DNA of 64,000 nucleotides from Octopus vulgaris (GCA_951406725.2 OX597819.1:79298001-79362000); one strand, 5' to 3'; positions 25,616 to 40,915 are shown, counted from the stretch's first letter. Translations and numbers: made by a program. Notes: generated by a model from the letters alone, not told the origin.

Positions 25616-26584
25616 GAACTACTGCGGGTTCCTCATTCTCTTATTCTGTCTTGTGACGGTACAGTAAAACTCTTCGTTGTCAGTGGTTTTATAATTATTG
25701 TTTTCTTTACTGGTTTCCTAATTTGCCACCAAGGCAGCACAAATGCTCCAATATAAATCATATTCTATGAAACTGAATTAAGAAATCACTCGTGAGTTGT
25801 TTTGTTTCCATGTTATACAGAAAATATTTATAGTGTTTTGGTTTCACAGTAAGTATTACCAGTTGTAAACACCTTCGTATACTATAGAGGACAGAAGAGC
25901 GAGGACTCGACCTAATCAGTTTCAGTCCTATTTGGTATTAATAAGTGACTAACTATCCGTTTTGGTTGTTTACGGGGACACTCATTATAAACCTATTATT
26001 ATTAATGACCTAAGTACATAGGATAGAGTGATTAGCATATTTCACGCATTCTTATCTGCCGTGCGATTAGTAATTTACTAATATCAAACCAATAACAGCA
26101 ACAAGAACAGCAGCCGTTCAAGAATTTGGACCTAGAGATCTCCATTTTCAGCGACTTCGAGGGCCACCTTCCAGTGGTTTCGGGCGTCAACGAAGAGCCC
26201 TCGACTACAACAAGACGACCAAAGTTTTATTTTTCCCAAGGTCTGGGGTCTCTCGCCCCTAAGCCCTAGACCATCACCTAATCACTCTTACCCGTCTTGT
26301 TGCTTAACAAAAACAACAACAACAATAATAATACGGCCAAATACCACATAGAGTGACCCAGTCAGTGACCGGCAAAAACCCATGGGATTGCTTAATTCAC
26401 ACGCTGTTTAAATGTTTTCCTCCTTAGCCCGACCAGAATTATCACGAAAATTCTAGAAAGTTGAGAGAATACATAGCATTGGTGCCGTAGGCTACAGGTA
26501 CCAAGTATGCTACTCAAGCGAGACTCCCAGTGTTTCAACAAAAACAGAGGTAAAAAATATAATAATTGTAGAAATATAAAATAA

Positions 26585-26935
26585 ACTGTGTAAGATCATA
26601 GACTTTGCAGTTCCCCATGATAACAGACTCGATATCCATCAAATTGAAAAAAGAAAAGATGAGAAATATTAGGATCGAGTCTGAGAGCTGAAGAAACTGA
26701 GAAAGACTAAAGCAGCAATTACTTCTGTGGTAATTGATGTGATTGGCACAACAGCCAGAATGTTACCTAAAAGACTGGAAAATATTGGAGCTGAGACTCG
26801 CATTTATCGACCCGCGAAGTATTGTTCTGAATTCCGCAAGAATCTTATGAGCTAAGGAGACTTTCTGTCACCAAACTCGAACATAACATTTCTGCTAATT
26901 AAATTACCATGTAATAGCTTAACAACAACAACAAC
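26585..26935 (+). mobile_element. R4/Dong-like LINE REL endonuclease relic
   Basis: CKIIDFAVPHDNRL, KDEKY, VVIDVIGTT. Confidence 0.7.
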
Positions 26936-26939
26936 AATG

Positions 26940-27575
26940 ATTTCATTTATTTGCCACAAGGGCGAAGGACGAGGAGAAAAATACAAAGACAGACATAAAG
27001 TGCGGAGGTTTACATGTAATGAATAAAAAAAAAAAAATTAACGGTATACAGTGAAAAAGAAAGGATATATGCATAACATATAAAGGTTTAAAAAAACAAA
27101 AAATAAATGGGGCGGGGAGGATAATGAAGACGTGGCCCTCTTGATACAGAAAGGGCTCTAGGGATAATCGAGGAACCCCACTGTCCGAGATTTCCCCGAA
27201 ACCCCAGGAGCAAGTACTCTCTCCAATTTCTTCCCGCCGACTCACAGCTTTACTCTTAGACAGGCACCATGCACTCTTGCCATTTTCGTAACTTTCACCT
27301 ATCTTTCAATAAGCTTATCCGAGGAGAGCACTTCCATTCCACTCTCAATTTCCTTTTCAAGTGAAACTTGAAGAAATAAATGAGAATTCTACCAAAGAGG
27401 AATCTGTCTGCCCTCATGCCTTTCAGCTTTGTCCATAAAAGAAAACTGCCTCGCCTGCCCGATTAAAGAAAGGTGGCGGTTTGATCATTACCACAGACTC
27501 GGCCGACAGACAGATCTGTTCCACACGTAAGAGCAGCTGTTCGACATAACTCCACAACGATGCCCGGACACTGAA
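26940..27575 (-). mobile_element. L1/Tx1-like LINE 3' end
   Basis: FFKFHLKRKLRVE, EVLSSDKLIER*VKVTKMARV; ends CCTTGTGGCAAATAAATGAAAT. Confidence 0.65.
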
Positions 27576-28084
27576 TTAGTACTAATTGGGAACTGGGGTC
27601 GATGTAACCGACCAGCCCCATCACCAAAATTTCAAGCCTTGTGTCTATAGTAAAAAGGACTGTTTTGTGCTTTTCCAACTGTAGACGTTAAAGTTTCTGT
27701 TTTTGCAAAATAGTTGACATTTTTTTCTCGCATCAAGCTTTTGTGAAGTATCAAGTTTAACCTTCATGCCCTTTTCCCACAACTTATTTCACGTGCGCTT
27801 GATGACCTCTCCTTTCATCATTTCGAATAAGGGTTGGAGAACCATATTTTGAGTAGTGAACGTTTCTAAAAGTTATATCCAAAGTTGATGATAATAGACA
27901 AGAAATTATCACCAGTCACATGATATTTCTAAAAATACAATCGCATGTAATATTCCATCCATATTCGTTAATCTGACAAAATAGTTTTCCTCTCGTCTAT
28001 GGCTCTGAATCCGGATTCTTAGCAACCGGACATAGCTTCGTTTGAGCTTGTCACCCACTAGATGATAGATCATTAGTTCCTACA

Positions 28085-28252
28085 CGCATTTTTTCTCTCC
28101 TTGTTTTTTTTCTGTGTATCTTTCTGTCGAAGAGCGTAGGCTCGAAACATAAAGGATTGTTCTATTTCTATTCCTGAGCGCCATACTAATACATTTGTTT
28201 GTTTGTACTCCACCTGCCTTCGTCTTTTGTTTATTTTCGTAAACCTTCCCGT
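28085..28252 (+). mobile_element. Penelope-type terminal fragment with decayed hammerhead
   Basis: GAAGAGCGTAGGCTCGAAAC and TTCCTGAGCGCC shared with 63940-64000 and (reversed) 35400-35477; runs into (TA)n. Confidence 0.55.
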
Positions 28253-28334
28253 TATATATATATATATATATATATTTCGTTCTTGGATTTAGTCTGCAAG
28301 ATTCTTTATATGAGTTTGTGTGTTGAAGCATATT

Positions 28335-28493
28335 CTGTTGTGTCTGGGGAGAGTCATTCTCTTTTAGTGCCTTATTATTTAACACTCACCGGTAGAATTT
28401 TTAAAAAGTAAAATTTCCAAAAAGTAGAAATTCTACCGGTGAGTGTTAAATAATAAGGCACTAAAAGAGAATGACTCTCCCCAGACACAACAG
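28335..28493. repeat. Perfect 66-bp inverted repeat, 27-nt loop
   Basis: 28335-28400 is the exact reverse complement of 28428-28493. Confidence 0.95.
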
Positions 28494-28526
28494 TATATAT
28501 ATATATATATATATATACACATACGT

Positions 28527-28558
<32 letters not shown>

Positions 28559-28587
28559 GCATATATATATATACATACATACATACA

Positions 28588-29373
<786 letters not shown>

Positions 29374-29388
29374 TATGTATATATATAC

Positions 29389-29413
29389 CTGAAAGAAGCC
29401 CGTCGTATATATG

Positions 29414-29474
<61 letters not shown>

Positions 29475-29630
29475 ATGCGCATGTGAGTTTTTATCTGTGT
29501 ACCCGCAAGTTCGCAATTCGGCAGTAGAGGCCAGTAGAATAAGTTCTGGGGTCGATATCTTCGACTAAAGTTCCTTTAAGGTGGTGTTCTAGCATGGCCG
29601 CAGTAAAATGATTGAAACAAATAAAAGATG
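29389..29630 (+). mobile_element. SINE family A, partial
   Basis: CTGAAAGAAGCCCGTCG, microsatellite, family tail. Confidence 0.65.
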
Positions 29631-29643
29631 AAATATATATATA

Positions 29644-29900
29644 CAGTAATCCCTCGACTATCGCGGGTGTTACGCACGACCCGCTCCTCCTCGCGATAGG
29701 TGAAAATCCGCGAAGTAGAAACAGTACTGTACTGTATATATTCTAAAATTATTTTTATAATTTGTATATATTTATTTTATATAAATGCTAAACAACACCA
29801 CGGAAGAATCGACATAAGCTTAAATAAGAAAACCGCGATAGTTGAATCGCGAGATAGGTGAACCGCGAGAGGTGAAACGCGATATGGCGAGGGATTACTG
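29644..29900. mobile_element. Tigger/pogo-type MITE
   Basis: TIR CAGTAATCCCTCG...CGAGGGATTACTG with TA on both sides. Confidence 0.88.
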
Positions 29901-30610
29901 TATATATGTGTATGCGTGTTTGTGTGTATGTGTGTGTGTGTACATATATGCATATAAATATGAATATATATATGTGTGTGTATCTGTGTGTATGTGCGCA
30001 TGCTTATACCCCAACCCTTTAAATTCAAGTTCATTATAGAACACAACAGTAGACGATTAGTAGGATGGATGACAACAACAAAGGCAACATCAACAATAAG
30101 ATCAAAACAACAATAAAACAAAATACCACCATCATCACTATCACCACCGCCACCACCATCTCCATTACCACCACTAAAAACAACAGCAACAACAACATAT
30201 AAAGCAACAATAACATGCACTATATCAATAGAAATATTTGCACAAGTCAAACGAGAGTCCAATAAACAATCAAATAGATAAGTATAAAATATATAAATAA
30301 ACAAATATATAGATATATAAATAAATAAATAAAAATCGAACAAAAAATGAAGAAACAAATGTTGCCATTTAATGGCTGATCTCGACTTGACAGTTATCGA
30401 ACAGTAAAGGTGAGTGTATGCCATAAAGTGATGTGATATTAAAGGATATTAGCTATTTTATAACGTCGTACACTATACTTACATTTTATTCTGTTATAGG
30501 ACAACAGTGTAAAGTTGAAAAAGAAAATGCGTGTGTGCGTGTGTGCGTGTGCATGCATGTATGTGCGTAAGTGTGTGCGTATGCGTATATATATATATGC
30601 ATGCATACAA

Positions 30611-30746
<136 letters not shown>

Positions 30747-30954
30747 TTATCCATGTATGTATGTATGTATCTATCTATCTATCTATTTCTCTCTTTCTCT
30801 CCCCCTCCCCCCTCTCTATATATATTTATTTACACATATATAGATATACATACACAGGCACATATACACACACACTCACGTACGTACACATAGACATGTA
30901 GACATGTGTATACATACGTACACATAATCAATATTTCAATGTATGCATATATTA

Positions 30955-31068
30955 TTCCGGGTTCAGTCCCGCTGCGTGGCACCTTGGGCAAGTGTCTTCC
31001 ACTATAGCCTCGGGCTAATCAAAGCCCTGTGAGTGGATTTGGTAGACGGAAACTGAAAGAAGCCCGTC

Positions 31069-31112
<44 letters not shown>

Positions 31113-31343
31113 GTGTATGTATATGTATATGTATATGTTTGCGTGTCTGTGTTTGTCCCCCAGAATCGCTTGATAACAGATGCTGGTGTATTTAGGTCCC
31201 TGTAAGCTAGCAGTTCGGCAAAAGAGATCCAATAGAATGAGTACTAGGCTTACAAAGAATAAGTCCTGGGGTCGATTTGCTCGACTCAAGGCGGTGCTCC
31301 AGCGTGGCCGCAGTAAAATGACTGAAACAAAGAGTAACAGAAT
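30955..31343 (+). mobile_element. SINE family A
   Basis: B box, core, internal (TA)n, tail. Confidence 0.85.
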
Positions 31344-31589
31344 ATATATACACACGCATATATATGTATGACGACGTACATACATACAGAGATAGAGAGA
31401 GAGGAGGAAGAGAGAGGGCGGAAGAAGGAGAGTGTTTGACAGAGGGAGGGAGAGAGAGACGTTTTAAGAGAGAGAAAAGGTGATGGAGATAAATGAACAT
31501 TAGCCTGATGACGGTAGATGACGGTAGAGTCGATGGTGATGCTGATGGGGAAGAGAGCAAAAGAAAACGATGACGATCACAATTCTTAT

Positions 31590-32110
31590 TACTATAGACA
31601 CAAAGCCTGAAAATTCGTGGGAGTGGAGTGGAAATGGAAATCGATTACATTGAATCCCTAGTACTTGACTGATAATTATTTTATCACCCTCGCCGAATGG
31701 TCGAAAAGCAAAGTCGACCCCAGCAGAATTTGAACTCAGAATGTAAAGACCCAGAATACATACCCGATAAGAATTTTTTCCGATGCGCTAACGATTCCCT
31801 CAACTAGTCGTTTTAATTAATTGTGGTTTCTAATTTTGTCACAAGGCCCGCAATTTTAAGGGTGAGTTAATTCAATTACATGGACCTAAGTATTCAATTG
31901 GAGCTTACTTTATCGACCCAGAAGTGACGAAAGGCAAAGTTGATCTCTGCAGAATTTGAACTCACAAAGTAATGTGTCGGTCGGAAGAAATGCCGCAAAG
32001 TCTTTTTTCCTGCGGGTTAACGCTTCTGCCAGCTCGTCGCTTTAATTATTCCTTCTGCGATAGGCAAAAGGTCTGAAATTTGTGGAGAGTAGGAAACTCA
32101 ATTGAAATCT
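31590..32110 (-). mobile_element. Tandem SINE family B copies
   Basis: Two cores (GCAAAGT.GA.C...GCAGAATTTGAACTCA) plus the start of a third. Confidence 0.7.
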
Positions 32111-32205
32111 ATGGCGTAGTAAAGAGAAGCAAGTCGAAAATGCCAAACAATGAGTATAAAGAAAAGAATTCAAGAATGGCAATAGAGAAATTTAAAGAAA
32201 AATGA

Positions 32206-32520
32206 CGGCTGTGGCTGTGTGGTGAGAAGCTTGTTTCCCGACCATATGGTTCCGGGTTCAGTTCCAATGCGTTCTACCATTGTCCTTAACTTATAGCTTT
32301 GAGATCTACAAAGCGTTGTGAATGGATTTGGTAGATTTGATTTCTGCGTGACTCTGTGTTGGGTTTGCACCATCCCCAATCCCATCATCGCTTGACAACC
32401 GGTGTTGGTGTGTTTACGACCCCTCAACTTAGCGGTTAGGCAAATGAGTACCAGGCTTAAAAAGTAAGTACTGGCGTTGACATGGCTGCAGTCTAATGAA
32501 ACAGATAAACGGAGAAAGGA
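32206..32520 (+). mobile_element. SINE family A (decayed)
   Basis: TGGCTGTGTGGTGAG head; CATCGCTTGACAACCG body. Confidence 0.7.
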
Positions 32521-32799
32521 ATATAAGAAGTTGAGTGACTATATCTTTTAAAACCGATATTGCTTTCTATTACGTACAGGACGTTGTACTGTTAATTAAT
32601 TCAAATTAAAATAGTAATTAAATTATAAAGTCAAAAATCATCAATTCTCCAAATTCATAATACTCTGAATATTTTAAAGTTTATAATTAAAATTAATTTC
32701 GTTACAAACAAAAATAGTTTAGTAGACATTTTGCTAAAACAGCTCAGTATTAATTTCGTAGTATTTTCTTTTATTTGATGCATTCTGAAAAATGGCTTC

Positions 32800-33180
32800 A
32801 TATTTTGGCTCAAGTTCGGCGATTGGATATGAGTTGGAAAGTCGATAACAATGACTCAAGTGTTCAGCTGGTACTTATTTTATCGACCCCATAAGAATGA
32901 AAGGCAAAGTCGACTACGGTGGGATTTGAACTAAGACTGTAAAGACGGTACGAAATGCCGATAAGCATTCTGTTCGGTGTGCTAACGATTCTGCCAGTTC
33001 GTCGGCTTATGAGGTATCCCTAATTTGACACAAGGCAAGCAACTTTAGAGTGGGGTAAGTCGATAACATCGACGCCAGTATTCTACTGGTACTTATTCCA
33101 GCAACTCCGAAAGGATGAAAGTCAATGCCGCGGAGCATTCTGTCCGGTAGACTAACGATTTTGCCAGTTCATCGCCTTAT
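32800..33180 (-). mobile_element. Tandem SINE family B copies
   Basis: Two cores ending CTAACGATT.TGCCAGTTC. Confidence 0.7.
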
Positions 33181-33304
33181 GAGATATCCCTAATAATAGC
33201 CGTTAACGATAACTAACTATATATTCCAGTACAAGAGCTAGTTCCCATAATTTCAGAAATCGCATGGATTTTGACAATTACGCCTAATTACGGAGGGCGA
33301 GCGC

Positions 33305-33770
33305 TAAGCGGAGATAAGTGAAATTTCAATGTTACTATAAATCTGAATATGCTTCATGCACTTTCTAACTGGGGAACAAGTTACTCATTGCGTTTTGTCA
33401 TGGAAAATGTCTAGGTAGGTAGTGCTGCGAGCTGATCTAGGTGTATACACACCATTTGTCAACAAGCGAAATATATTCTCCGTGGCAAAACGCAGTCACT
33501 GGAAAAGCATGAGATGTAATCTCTTAATTCAGCTCGCAGTGTTGTCTGCTTAGTGTCTTTGATCGATGAAGAGCCAACCACTCCGAAATGTTAACATCTC
33601 ACTTTCTATGTAGGTGGCTTTGCGAACTGTTCTGGGTGTATACACATCATTTGTCAACAAGCGAAATATATTCTCAATGACAAACCTCAGTGAGTAGCTT
33701 GTTCCCCAGTTCGAACGTGCATCAAGCATATTCGTACTGGTAATAACATTACAATTACGTCTAAATCCAA
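33305..33770. mobile_element. MITE-like element with long imperfect inverted repeats and an internal direct repeat
   Basis: 33345-33402 vs 33675-33733 inverted; 33411-33496 vs 33606-33691 direct. Confidence 0.55.
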
Positions 33771-35283
33771 CTTTCACCGTCCACTCATACAACATTACAT
33801 CCAAATTCATCCCGTTTTATGCCGTATTTGTGATCTTTCCTCATTAATACTTCTTATTAACTACATATTTATCCCAATTGCTCTTCACTCACTTCTATCG
33901 GTTCGCTCTTTATGAACATGTTCAATTGATAATTTAAATCCATTCATTAAAACTGCTTTCTCTATTTTCTATAGCTCTACCTTGTTTATATACGACAAAT
34001 ATCTAGACGTCTACTACACACTGAAAAGCCCGTTTTAGAGAAATATCGAAGTAATTTTCACGTAAAACATTAAATTCTATTATACATACTAGTATACATA
34101 GAATCTATTATACATACATATAAACACTCACACACATTTATACATATATATGGATATATACATACATAGATATATTGTGCGTGTTTGTGCCGGTACATAC
34201 ATCACATACAAGCATACACACATATGTACAAAAGAGCTGTGTTTGTATGTATGTCACTGATAAACATGATTGTGAACTTGTGATGATAATTAAATGCCTA
34301 GTCATAAATTTCTATAGTATATATACACGCACACATTAATATGCACACAGACACACACACACACACACACACGTAATAAGATTTAAGGTGAAAAAGCACA
34401 GATATCTTGTTTGTGTAGATAAAGATTAGTTAATCCATTCTATCTTTAAACAATATTATATCAAGTGAACATATGTTTTTAGCTAAAAAAAACATATATT
34501 CACTGATTATCCCTCTTGAGCTATACTTTCCTGCATAACCGCAAAACTGTATCATACCTGATTCTGTGGAAGAGTAAATCAAAACCTTCTTATGATTTCA
34601 TAACATCGAGTCATGATTAGCGAAGCGAAACCGGTCGAATCTATACATATTGTAATGGATTAAATAATCTTAAATCGTATTTTACATTTACCAATTGGAA
34701 TCTCCCTTCGAATGTTTCCCCTATAAATATATAAATATATGTATGTGTGTTTGTGTGAGTATGTGATTGAGTGTGTGCTTACATGTATGTATATAAATGC
34801 ATACATATACTGATTATATATATGTATATGCTTTGAGATATGTACCTACATACGTATTCGCTGTCGAACTGTGCTTAGTTTGTATATTATTTAATAGAAA
34901 TGACAAGAAACATACGCTGGAGCGCTTCACTTTGAAAGCTATGTGAGAATATGAGAGAAATTATACTTAATCTATGAACAAGAGTTTTTACTGAATCTTG
35001 TGTTTATACATACATACATACATACATACATATACATACATACATACATACATACATACATACATACATAGTACATACATACATATAAACATACATAGTA
35101 CGTACATACAATACATACATACATACATACATACATGCCTACGTACAGACATACATACATACATAAAAACACACATACATTCCAATATACACATATTGCA
35201 CCTGTTCATATATGTGTATGCGAGCGTGTATGTATATATATATTTATTTATATGGACATATGTATGTATGGATGTATATATAC

Positions 35284-35327
<44 letters not shown>

Positions 35328-35353
35328 ATAAATATATATATACATATATGTAT

Positions 35354-35384
<31 letters not shown>

Positions 35385-35476
35385 TACATATATATATAAT
35401 TTTAATCCAAACGGGAAACAAAAAAACAACAACAAGGGAACAATTACAGTATTATTATTAATAGGCGCTCAGGAAA

Positions 35477-35527
<51 letters not shown>

Positions 35528-35751
35528 CATACACACATATACACATTTAAAGGATAGATAGAGATGCGCACACGGGTATATATGAATATTGTTATATACT
35601 TATATCTTAACGCACACGCAAATAAGTATAAATACATATCAGAAGAAGAAGATGAATAGTTTAGGTCATATATATAAATTTAAATGTATATATAAGTATA
35701 TGTACGTGTATATGTTTTTATATATGTGTGTATATATATATATATGAGTGT

Positions 35752-35831
<80 letters not shown>

Positions 35832-36121
35832 GTGCATGTGTGTATATATGTACGTCTCTTCACACACTCGTAATCAGATTTAGAAATAACTATATAGAAG
35901 TTGAAACGTTAACTGTCACAAAGACTACACCGTTCTGGATACACATTCAGACATATATAATTATATGGCGACTAACACCAAGCTCTTGTTATGAAGACAA
36001 CTTCATGTCACATCTATTCTCAATGGAAACATATTTAAAACAAACCTCTATTTTAGCACCGATCGTAATATCTCACCAATATCTTACAACATATTTATAC
36101 ATATGTACTTGTATATGTATA

Positions 36122-36203
<82 letters not shown>

Positions 36204-36437
36204 AATATATATATATGTACGTGTGAGTTTGTGTATTATATATATTTATATCTATATATATATATACATATCTATATGTGTGTATGTGGGGGGGTATGTG
36301 TGTTTTTGTGTGTGTATACAATTACATACAACACACACACAAACTGAGCCAATATTTTCATCCTTTTCTTATATATATTCGAACATATATACAGATGTAT
36401 GCAAATACACACACACCCGCATACAAATACACTCACA

Positions 36438-36472
<35 letters not shown>

Positions 36473-37055
36473 CTATAGATATCTCATTGCCGAAACAGTT
36501 TAAAGACAACAAAAAGTTAAGTAGGAATTAACACTTTAAATTGACATTTAAAAGTCTTTAAATTAACGTTAAATGGAACCATGTTGTTGCGAGCGACATA
36601 GTGTTTCAATGTTAGTAATTATTATGACTAGGGTACAAAAAGTATTTGCAAGTCTGCTCGCCAAATATTCAATTAACCGAAGTAATTGAATTTCAGCAAC
36701 GCAACTATGTAAGATAAATACGGAAAAGACCGCCAGCTTTTCCGTATAATATGATACAAAAGTGTTCCTAAATTGCTAGTGATCGATATTCAAAGTGAAA
36801 TAACAAGTTAGAAAATCAAGTTTGCTTACGAGCTTGTTTTTGTGTTTTCTCTTATAAGACGGACAAATTTGTCACGGCTTTTTGGCCTTTAGTTGAAAAG
36901 CTAATGATATGAATAAGTTTACCTTTGCTTTTGTGTCAATAGTCAATAGTCTTATGATATGATACAGCAGCAAAATATTAATTTACAAGGAAATTGCTAC
37001 CTAGAAGTAACTTTGTTGGGTATACGCATGTATACACATACAAATACACACTCAG

Positions 37056-37098
<43 letters not shown>

Positions 37099-37163
37099 CT
37101 TGTATTTTTTTATATATGTGAATACATATACACAGTATTTACATATATAGCTGTATACATGTG

Positions 37164-37198
<35 letters not shown>

Positions 37199-37223
37199 GT
37201 ATATGTACGAATATATATGTATA

Positions 37224-37930
37224 TACGAGGTGGTATCAAAAAGTTGAAGGACTAGTTCTGTAGCGCACCAACAAATGGCAGCACACAGTTGCGTGTGCAA
37301 CAAGAGCTAGCAGTGACTTTCATGGAGCAGTGTGCTGAGTGATATCGCTGTGTTTGCTTAGTAAGTCATGAAATCTGTGTTTTGTACCTGTCATGGACGG
37401 GTAGAAAGAGTAAACGTGAATTTTTGCGTTAAACTTGAGAAGTCTGCTGCGAGGCAATGGGTCGTACGCAATGTTTCCAGGGGCATGAGTGCTTGAAAAG
37501 TAGAAGAACGTCCCTGGAAATGATGAGCGATTGGTAAGACCTGCCAAGTGCGTCACTCCCGGAAATGTGGTATTGTACATCGAGAATTCATCCTCCAGGG
37601 CCAAACCGACAATCAAGAGCTCTACTGCGACGTTTTGAAGCGTTCGTGGGAGGACATTCGGCGAAAGCGACTACGTCTGAAGAGCTTCATAATGACAATG
37701 CACCCTGTCACCGTTCTCTCAGCAAGAAGAGAATGTATCGATTCCACACCCATCTTATTCACCATATTTAGCACCTGCAGATGAAAATTCAGCTCAAAGG
37801 TCACCGTTTCAACACCTGTTGTCAAGAAAGTCCTCGACTCGCTTACGGAAAACGACTTCCAGGTCGGATTCCAAAAGTGACAGGAACACTGGGACCGGTG
37901 TATTGTTGCGCAAGGTGACTCTTTCGAAGG
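37224..37930 (+). mobile_element. Decayed mariner element
   Basis: TACGAGG..TATCAAAAAG end; GIVHREFILQGQT, YCDVLKR, HNDNAPCH, PHPSYSPYLAPAD. Confidence 0.8.
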
Positions 37931-37934
37931 AGAT

Positions 37935-38300
37935 GGTGTTTACGTCCTCGTAACTTAGCGGTTCGGCAAAAGTTCCCGATAGAATAAGTACTAGGACTTA
38001 CAATGAAAAAGTCCTGGGGTCGATCTCTTCGACTAAAGGCGGTGCTGTAGCATGGCCACAATCAAATGACTGAAACAAGTAAAAGAATATGTGTATGTAT
38101 ATATATATATATATATATATATACATACACACACACGACAAGCTTCTTTTACCTTCTATCTACCAATCCAATCTCACAAGTCTTAAGTCGGCCCGCGGCT
38201 GTAGTAGAAGACACTTGCCGAATGTGCCACGCAGTGGGACTGAACCCGGATCCATGTGGGTGGTTGGGAAGTAAGCTTCTTACCACACAGCCACACCTGT
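37935..38300. mobile_element. SINE family A tail (+) and head (-) fragments
   Basis: Matches to family A. Confidence 0.75.
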
Positions 38301-38301
38301 A

Positions 38302-38467
<166 letters not shown>

Positions 38468-39056
38468 AAAGTAATAAAGTAATGTTAATAATACAGTGGT
38501 AAATTCTTTAAAATACCCTTCGGTATTTTATGTATACACCATATATGCCTATAGATATATAATATATATATACGCATAATGTCAGGCTTAGGTCTACTGA
38601 ACGAATGGAAATTTAACTAGGATTGCTTTTAATGACAGTAATCATTCTTCAGCTTTGTTTAAAATAGTTTTTGCAAAGACCGAAAGGAGAAGCATATGAG
38701 AGAGAAGGAAACAGAATGGGAGCAGAAAGTGGTCCATAAATGTTTGCTAGATAATATTGTGCTATAATTGTGATAGATGTATAGGTAAATGAGATTATCC
38801 TAAAATAAAATATAAATTTGAAATATAAATGTTTAACATAGAAGGCGACTACCATAAGATTAGTAATACAAATCACCATTGACAGACTTACGCCAATAAA
38901 AATTCCCCCCTGAAAACTTTTGCTTGGAATTTACAACAGAAAATTCATTTCTAATACGAATAAAAAAAAAGTGTAGTTTTTACACCTTGGAGTTAAAGAG
39001 GCAGAGAGAAAACCTCTCTTGTGCGCACACTACTAAACAAGATATCCTAAAGGTAA

Positions 39057-39283
39057 TAGCTGGCAGACACGTTAGCGCCCAGGGCGAAATGCTTAGCGGT
39101 ATTTCGTCTGTCGTTACGTTCTGAGTTCAAATTCCGCTGGGGTCGACTTTGCCTTTCATCCTCTCGGGGTCGATAAATAAAGTACCAGTTACGCGCTGGG
39201 GTCGATGTAATCGACTTAATACCTATGTCTGTCCTTGTTTGTCCCCTCTGTGTTTAGCCCCTTGTGGGTAATAAAGAAATAGG
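39057..39283 (+). mobile_element. SINE family B with Tx1-like AATAAA tail
   Basis: Well-preserved core; ends GCCCCTTGTGGGTAATAAAGAAAT. Confidence 0.85.
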
Positions 39284-40124
39284 TAATATTTCTGCAGTGA
39301 CATTTGATTTAACATGTAGCAAATATTTAGTGTATATTTTTGCTGACTGATAATACTCAGCAGCCTCAGCTGTCTTTTCTTTTCTGTTTGTGGTCATTGC
39401 TTATAATGATCTCATCGTTCTTTTAATTTGATCCCCAATTCAGACTCGATCAAGAAAACGTATGTTGACAAGGATTCTTTTCGTGTCTTTCTCATTTCCT
39501 GAAAATTTACTTTGCTTTGTGCAACAATATGTAATGAATGCATTATTCAAGGCAGTAGAGTTCTTTCTTTGGGGGAAGACACTCGGTGCTATCATTAGTA
39601 GGTGGAAGTGATCTGAAACTGTGATAGCATACCCTCGAAACTACACAAGAGAAATTGCGAGGGTATACAACGGTGAAGTTTTAAAGTAATCACAGTTGAT
39701 TAAATGCGATTCACGTGTTTGAAAAATGCATCGAGATACCTTGCTTTTCCCATCTACTTGTTCTTGTGAACAAAGGTTTCCACTAGCATTTATAACCAAC
39801 GACAAATTTCATGTAACACTGTCATTTTAAGAACGATATGCAGGTGTGATATCTCCCTGAAATGATGTATAGAAATGAGTTACTTGCGAGAAAGAGCGGA
39901 GTCAATCTATCTTATTAAAAATGCAACATTAAATTAAATGGCAGAATGTTGGGAGAAGAAAAAGACTATCATATAAGTATAATAATTCACTAATACTTTA
40001 TTTTATCAAATCCAGAAGGATAAAAGGTTAAGTTTTCAGCAAGTGAGGTCTTTAATATAAATTAGATTAATAATAGTTAATGCGTATCCTAAAGTCTACT
40101 CTATGTTATTACTCTTTTACTCTC

Positions 40125-40544
40125 TTTTACTCTATTTCTTGTTTCAGTCATTTGACTGCGGCCATGCTGGAGCACCGCCTTTCGTCGAGCAAATCGACCC
40201 CAGGACTTATACTTTGTAAGCCTAGTACTTATTCTATCGGTCTCTTTTGCCGAACCACTAAGTTACGGGGACGTAAACACACCAGCATCGGTTGTCAAGC
40301 GATGTTGGGAGGACAAACACAGACACCACACAAACAAACACACACACACACACACACATATATATACACATACATATATACGACGGGCTTCTTTCAGTTT
40401 CCGTCTACCAAATCCACTCACATGGCTTCGGTCGGGCCGAGGCTATAGTAGAAGACACTTGTCCAAGATTCCACGCAGTGGAACTGAACCCGGAACCATG
40501 TGGTTGGTAAGCAAGCTACAAACCACACAGTCACTCCTGCGCCT
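40125..40544 (-). mobile_element. SINE family A, full length
   Basis: GGCGCAGGAGTG head through GACTGAAACAAG tail. Confidence 0.9.
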
Positions 40545-40862
40545 ATATCCAAAGATTTACACAATATTCCTCACATAGAGTACATCAACACTGCCGAATA
40601 TGATGAAGCGGTACACTGGTATATTGTTTATATATTGTGAGTAGGGACGAATGACTGCCATTTCTAGCAGACAAGTACCCAGTACCGATGACGAGTAAAG
40701 ACCTAGGAACCATGGTGTACTGGTCTTGACAAGCTAGTGGGAGTGATTGGTTCCCTCATAATATATCAGACACAGGTTATGTGTTGTTAACCAGCCAGGA
40801 AAGATGTTTTCCTTGGGTTAAAATATAGTAGCATAGTTCTGTGTTATAGTGGCAAAAAATAT

Positions 40863-40915
<53 letters not shown>

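Noticed and set aside
36718-36747. 11-bp hairpin ATACGGAAAAG/CTTTTCCGTAT
   Set aside because: Isolated short hairpin with no associated element ends identified
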